DNA of 64,000 bases from positions 27,897 through 91,896 of the forward strand of contig CAIJKW010000030.1 in assembly GCA_903821355.1 (NCBI GenBank). Reading direction: 5' to 3'. The notes beneath the pieces are model-generated. The model was not told the DNA's origin and did no database searches. It saw nothing but the letters and a program-made list of their open reading frames with translations. The stretch comes from an uncultured bacterium (GTDB lineage Bacteria; Patescibacteriota; Minisyncoccia; Phycocordibacterales; CAIZLB01). Shown in pieces: positions 58,926 through 64,000 of this stretch (positions within the stretch are counted from its first letter, which is position 1; every line of letters begins with the position of its first letter). Both the position numbers and the translations under genes were made by a program.

Positions 58926-60362
58926 ATGCTAAAAAAAGACTTCGAAAAATTAATAGCGTCAAAACTGCCAGAAGCTCCTGGAATCTATCTTTTCAAAAAA
59001 GGAAAAGATCTTCTTTATGTTGGCAAGGCAACAAGCTTGCGTCAGCGTGTTCGTAGTTATTTTTCTAATGACTTAATGAAAACTCGCGGGCGGCTTTTGG
59101 TTGACATGATTGCAACAGCCGACAAAATTGATTTTCAAAAAACGGATTCTGTTTTGGAAGCTCTGATTCTGGAGGCTCAATTCATAAAAGAACATCAACC
59201 AAAATATAATACTAAAGATAAGGACAATAAAAGTTATAATTATGTTGTGATAACGGAAGAAGACTTTCCTTGCGTGCTTGTGGTGCGTGGTAGAAACCTA
59301 GAACAAAACTTGAAAAACTTGAAGCAAAATCTTGGCGAGGAAAAATACAAATACACATTTGGTCCATATCCTTATGGAGGAGAATTAAAAGAGGCGTTAA
59401 AACTTATTAGAAAAATATTTCCATTCAGAGATAAATGTACTCCATTTTCAGAAATTAAAATAAATACTAAGTCGCATTCAGGCCAGTATCTAAGGCTATC
59501 TCCAAGGCCATGTTTTAACAGAACAATTGGTCTTTGCCCAGGGGTTTGTACTGGTGAAATATCAAAAAAAGATTACGCGACGCAGATAAAAAATATTAAA
59601 ATGTTTTTTGAGGGTAAAAAACCTGCGCTTCTCAAGTCTCTAACCAAACAAATGTCGGCATTTGCCAAAGAAAAAGAATTTGAAAAAGCTGGCCAAATTA
59701 AAAAAACAATTTTTGCGTTGAATCATATTCAAGATGTATCTTTAATGAAAAGAGTCGAGTCTGAAAGAATAAGAGTGGTTACTTCTGACGAAACAAATTC
59801 AACTAGTTTGGCAAAAAACCAAAGTCTTAGAATTGAAGCTTATGATATAGCCCACATGTCGGGGCAAAATATGGTTGGAGCTATGGTTGTGATGGAAAAT
59901 GGGGAACTAGTAAACGGCCTTTATAGAAAATTTATAATTAAAGGTTTCGATAAAGCAAATGACCCCGGCGCCCTTGCTGAAACAATTAAAAGAAGAGTAA
60001 ATCATCCAGAATGGGGCTTACCAGATATTATTGTGCTTGATGGAAATCAAATTCAACTCAAGCGTGCCGTTGAGACATGGAAAGAAATATTAGGCAGTGA
60101 ATCACTAAATCGAAAATATTCAGTAAATCAAAACGTCCTGTTTTGTAGTGTGGTAAAAGACCAGTCTCATAAAGCAAGAGAAGTATTGTTTTTTGATGAA
60201 GAAATGTGGAAAAAATCGCAAATGGAAATAGAAGAAAAATTTGGAATATCAAAAAAGACCCTGCAGGAGCAGATCGTTAAAATTAATACTGAGGCACATA
60301 GGTTTGTGATTGCTTTTCATAAAAAAAGAAGAGGTAAAAACTTTTTAAGTAATGTGCTTTAA
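58926..60362 (+). CDS. uvrC: excinuclease ABC subunit C (short form; C-terminal HhH region apparently absent)
   Basis: GIY-YIG domain (PGIYLFKKGKDLLYVGKATSLRQRVRSYF…) and UvrC homology region. About 480 aa against the typical ~600. Confidence 0.8.
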   Translation: MLKKDFEKLIASKLPEAPGIYLFKKGKDLLYVGKATSLRQRVRSYFSNDLMKTRGRLLVDMIATADKIDFQKTDSVLEALILEAQFIKEHQPKYNTKDKDNKSYNYVVITEEDFPCVLVVRGRNLEQNLKNLKQNLGEEKYKYTFGPYPYGGELKEALKLIRKIFPFRDKCTPFSEIKINTKSHSGQYLRLSPRPCFNRTIGLCPGVCTGEISKKDYATQIKNIKMFFEGKKPALLKSLTKQMSAFAKEKEFEKAGQIKKTIFALNHIQDVSLMKRVESERIRVVTSDETNSTSLAKNQSLRIEAYDIAHMSGQNMVGAMVVMENGELVNGLYRKFIIKGFDKANDPGALAETIKRRVNHPEWGLPDIIVLDGNQIQLKRAVETWKEILGSESLNRKYSVNQNVLFCSVVKDQSHKAREVLFFDEEMWKKSQMEIEEKFGISKKTLQEQIVKINTEAHRFVIAFHKKRRGKNFLSNVL

Positions 60363-60402
60363 ATCGTGGACACTAATTGTAAAGTCATTTATAATTAAAG
60401 GC

Positions 60403-63400
60403 ATGAAAATTTCCTTTAAAAAGCCCTTGATGCTTTCTCTTGTTTTGTTTGTTTTTTTATTTTCTTTCTCCTTATGGACACAAAAAGCTAATGCGGAAGA
60501 TGAAGATATAGATACCTACTTTGCCACAACAACAAACGCCAGCTGTGCTGATTACTATCACTTCAATGGTGTACAAATTGATGTAAAGCCAAGCATAATT
60601 CAATCTGTTGCAGGTGCTGATATGAACTTTTCCGGATCGATATTGAACAATAATGAATATCCAGTAGTCTCAGGCAGATTATTCGTAAAAATTTTCAGAG
60701 ATAGATCTACTAAAGATAATAATGGCCCTGATGTCTTAGACGCTTTTGTTGCACAAGATGGCTTATCTATAAAAGCCGGAGAGAAAATACCAGTCAATTT
60801 TAAATGGAAAATACCTGCTTATGCCTTGGGTGGAGATTATAAGATTGCCACATATTTTATTACTAGCGATAAATTCAACTTGGCTGGTCTTAGTTTTACG
60901 GACGATGTTGTTGCCGGTCTTTCAAGTTTTAAAGTTCTAGGACAACAAGATAAAGGGGTTTTTTTGAAAAAAGACGGAGTCAAAGTAAATAACAGCACCT
61001 ACGCTTTTGCTGCATATCCTCCAATACAAAGCCCTATTGATCCCGTAACAATAACAGTGCCTGTGACAAATACTACAGCAGAAAGAGTTGCTGTAAAAGT
61101 AGAATTCAACGTTTATAAATGGGATGCGCAGTCTTCTGAAAATAAAATAGATACTAGCACCAAAGTCGCAGTGATTGAGCCTGGAAAGACAATTTACATG
61201 CCGATGGTCATAAATGATAATAAGTCTTCGGTCTACTATACTGAAGTTGTATTGAAATATATGGATAGCAAATCCATATTGGGTATTAGATTTGTTAGAA
61301 ACGGCGTCACAATGCCAAGGATTAACTTTCCATCGATAAGTTCATATCCACTAGTTTCTGGACAAAAAAATAATATATTTGCTTGTTTTCATAATGCATC
61401 AAATAGCAACGCTCCAATTGACGGTAAATTAAAGATTGATATTTTGGGAGAAGATAATAACCCAATTTTATCATATGAGTATGATGGAAAAATTATAGGG
61501 GAGATGAGTGCTGTAAAACAAGAATTTGTTCCGCGTTCAACATACAAAGATTTTAAAATTCACGCGTCTTTATTTGAAGGATCGAAATTGGTAGATGAAG
61601 TATATATTCCATACAGCTGTAAGGAAATAGATCCAAATAATTGCGGATTTAACTTTGGTGATATATCTTCAAGTAAATGGCTGAAGCTTGTATTAGAGAT
61701 TGTTGGTCTACTAATATTGATTGGATTAATTGTTTTGTTTGCAAAGAGATCTAATAAGTTCAAGGAGTGGTATTCAAAATTAAGGATAAACAGAGTGAAG
61801 ACTTTCTTGTTTGTGTTACTTTTGATTATGTTTATGGGTTCAGGGTCTAGAGCTCATGCGGCCGCTCAGTTCACATTGACGGTTACAAATTATAATCCTT
61901 CATCAGGTACGGTCTCATACACTCCTAATCAAGCTAATTATGCTAATGGTACTAATGTGACGATTACTGCTTATCCAAATAGTGGTTATTCCGTTTCTTA
62001 TTTTAATGGTGGAGGGTGTCCAACGAATCCCGCTAATAACACTTGTGTTGTTAAGGTGACCGGAAATATAACTGTGTATGTTAGTATGAATCAAACAGCC
62101 AGTGGTAGTGGCAGCTCTAGCGGCAACTCTAGCGGTAGTGCCAGTGGTAGTTCTGGTAGTGGTGTTGCTGCTGGTTGCTTTACAATTAGTACTACAAACC
62201 CACAGAATACGACGACTTGTAATTTATGGCACTCAACTCTGAATCCAACAAATGATTGTAGTGTCAATAATCAAGTTACAGTCGATGTCACTGGTACAAA
62301 CTTGATGAAGGTTGGATATTCTAGTATGGGAGGGTACCCGGTTAAAATATTTAATCAAACAGATAATTCGATGAGTATCTCGTTTGAGAGATTGTCAGGT
62401 GAATTGGCTCAAAAGATAAGTTTTGCTGATACAAAGTTTTTTTCAAAATGTACTGGGTTTGGGGCGATTACTTTTGCTTGCAAGATGCCAACAATTACGA
62501 GTATAACTCCAGTCTTTGGTCCTACATCTGGAGGTACTCTTGTCACAGTCACTGGTACAAATTTTAATAATGCCAAATCTGTAAAAATTGGCCACGTCAC
62601 TGTGAGTAAGGCAAACACTACAATAATCAATGATAATACTTTAACTTTTGTAACTCCAGCTGAAGCCCCAGGATGGAAGAGCGTCAGTGTTCAGGGTAAT
62701 TGTTGGCAGAGTAAGTTTAGAAATTCAGATGCTGTGTTGCCTAATGCGTTTAATTATCAAAAAAATCTTAAAAATCCACCCTTTCCACCTGATGATGTTT
62801 GGAATTGGGACGGGAACTATAATACCGGAAGTGTATCCATTACCAATCCATACCTTTATTATTGGGCAACAACTTCACTGACTAGTAATTTAGATGGTGG
62901 TAGTTGGGCTAAGGCACTTGGAGATAATAATGCACAAATAAATTACGATTCATCCGTTACTTATTCTGATAGTGGTGTTGTTGTGCAAGATCAAGCGGTA
63001 ATACCCGCTGGAACAAAACTTCATTTTAATTTTGATGGAAGCACAATATCATCATCTCCATCACATGCATCACAGAAGATATCTTGGAATGGAACAGGCT
63101 TTACAGAAGACACACCTTATGGCAGTTGGGTAGATGATGCGGCATATCCTGATCAAGTCTGTACCAATGACAATTTTGTCACAAGTCAAACGGTTATCGA
63201 TCCATCAAGTGGCTTAATGAGGTCTGCGGATATATTTATACCACTTTCTGTTAATCCACCAGGTCAAGAACTTTCTTTCACTACAAGCACATACAGCGTT
63301 AATACAGACACTACTGAATGGGGTGCTCCACCTATAAAAAGTACTGATTCAGCAAGTTGGAGTTGTGATTCTCCAGATTCTTCATCCCCAATCTGTACTC

Positions 63401-64000
63401 CAGTGGTTGGTGGAATAAAGAAAATTAATATGTTTTATGCTCCTACTTATGGGTATTATTACTATGGATGGAGATGGACAAATCAACCAAGTGGAGTTTG
63501 TCACACAAACAATATTGCCCTAAATCAAAAGAAACAGTTGGTTGTTAATAATGGTGCTCTGCCTCAATATGATCTTGGCTCGGGTACTTGTATAGCCGGC
63601 GCCCTTGGTTGTACTAAAACATTTTCAGATTCATATGGAAACGTAGTCATGTGTTCTAAAACATATCCATATTATAATCCAGAAACTAATCACTGTTACT
63701 CAAATATTTCTGATTGGGTGGCATCTCTTCATACAGACTTAAATATTCCTGGCCAAAATTTTTTAGCTGATTATTACTACCCATACAAGTTAAAATTTAG
63801 AGAGTCAGTCTATAGTCTAAATTTAAGTGTTATTGCAACATCAACTACTGAAAACAGAACTCCCTCAGAGCCAGTGATTACAGGACCAAAAACAATAAGT
63901 GCCAATGTTCCTGCAACCTTTAGTGCTGTGTCCAACCTAGTTGTTGCAAAAAGTAAGTCAAATTCAATGTTAGCATCGGCAATATTTGCTATTAAAAAAT
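60403..64000 (+). CDS. very large cell-surface protein (at least 1,199 aa; partial, runs off window end) with IPT/TIG domain
   Basis: Uninterrupted frame from ATG 60403 to the window end. N-terminal signal peptide. Internal TM plus a second signal-like hydrophobic segment near 61690-61850. GS-rich linker. IPT/TIG-like block PTITSITPVFGPTSGGTLVTVTGTNFNNAKSVKIGHVTV at ~62490-62620. Cys-rich repeats further on. Confidence 0.6.
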   Translation, partial: MKISFKKPLMLSLVLFVFLFSFSLWTQKANAEDEDIDTYFATTTNASCADYYHFNGVQIDVKPSIIQSVAGADMNFSGSILNNNEYPVVSGRLFVKIFRDRSTKDNNGPDVLDAFVAQDGLSIKAGEKIPVNFKWKIPAYALGGDYKIATYFITSDKFNLAGLSFTDDVVAGLSSFKVLGQQDKGVFLKKDGVKVNNSTYAFAAYPPIQSPIDPVTITVPVTNTTAERVAVKVEFNVYKWDAQSSENKIDTSTKVAVIEPGKTIYMPMVINDNKSSVYYTEVVLKYMDSKSILGIRFVRNGVTMPRINFPSISSYPLVSGQKNNIFACFHNASNSNAPIDGKLKIDILGEDNNPILSYEYDGKIIGEMSAVKQEFVPRSTYKDFKIHASLFEGSKLVDEVYIPYSCKEIDPNNCGFNFGDISSSKWLKLVLEIVGLLILIGLIVLFAKRSNKFKEWYSKLRINRVKTFLFVLLLIMFMGSGSRAHAAAQFTLTVTNYNPSSGTVSYTPNQANYANGTNVTITAYPNSGYSVSYFNGGGCPTNPANNTCVVKVTGNITVYVSMNQTASGSGSSSGNSSGSASGSSGSGVAAGCFTISTTNPQNTTTCNLWHSTLNPTNDCSVNNQVTVDVTGTNLMKVGYSSMGGYPVKIFNQTDNSMSISFERLSGELAQKISFADTKFFSKCTGFGAITFACKMPTITSITPVFGPTSGGTLVTVTGTNFNNAKSVKIGHVTVSKANTTIINDNTLTFVTPAEAPGWKSVSVQGNCWQSKFRNSDAVLPNAFNYQKNLKNPPFPPDDVWNWDGNYNTGSVSITNPYLYYWATTSLTSNLDGGSWAKALGDNNAQINYDSSVTYSDSGVVVQDQAVIPAGTKLHFNFDGSTISSSPSHASQKISWNGTGFTEDTPYGSWVDDAAYPDQVCTNDNFVTSQTVIDPSSGLMRSADIFIPLSVNPPGQELSFTTSTYSVNTDTTEWGAPPIKSTDSASWSCDSPDSSSPICTPVVGGIKKINMFYAPTYGYYYYGWRWTNQPSGVCHTNNIALNQKKQLVVNNGALPQYDLGSGTCIAGALGCTKTFSDSYGNVVMCSKTYPYYNPETNHCYSNISDWVASLHTDLNIPGQNFLADYYYPYKLKFRESVYSLNLSVIATSTTENRTPSEPVITGPKTISANVPATFSAVSNLVVAKSKSNSMLASAIFAIKK

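Overview
The window reads as a low-GC (~35-38%) bacterial chromosome segment. Small proteins and DUF4446, ORF6N and orphan solute-binding genes fit a reduced-genome, CPR/Patescibacteria-like organism, but that lineage call is inference. Housekeeping genes dominate: rpsA, gyrA, infB-rbfA, a cysteine desulfurase, clpB, rpmG, miaA, parB, topA, dprA, serS, FtsQ-like and PBP5-like genes, tgt, and a contiguous uvrB / adk-like / uvrA / uvrC cluster. There are seven tRNA genes, five of them in a minus-strand cluster that also holds an HNH-endonuclease pseudogene.

Accessory and unusual content:
- A tandem array of six paralogous small two-TM proteins downstream of an orphan solute-binding protein and a methyltransferase.
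- A minus-strand operon of ECF sigma factor, putative anti-sigma, and a MacAB/HlyD-like efflux system, bracketed by two paralogous Gly-rich membrane proteins.
- An ORF6N gene carrying a family of 25-35 bp perfect palindromes inside and just downstream of its coding sequence.
- A conserved ~120-bp hairpin element in the 5' leaders of rpsA and infB.
- Two GC-rich ORF-free regions that look like structured RNA genes: one with RNase P RNA-like motifs, and one with its own promoter and terminator between dprA and topA.
- Several GC-rich, probably horizontally acquired genes, including a degenerate adenylate-kinase-like gene inserted between uvrB and uvrA.
- A surface protein of at least 1,199 aa with an IPT/TIG domain that runs off the window end.

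No CRISPR array, rRNA or obvious transposase was found.
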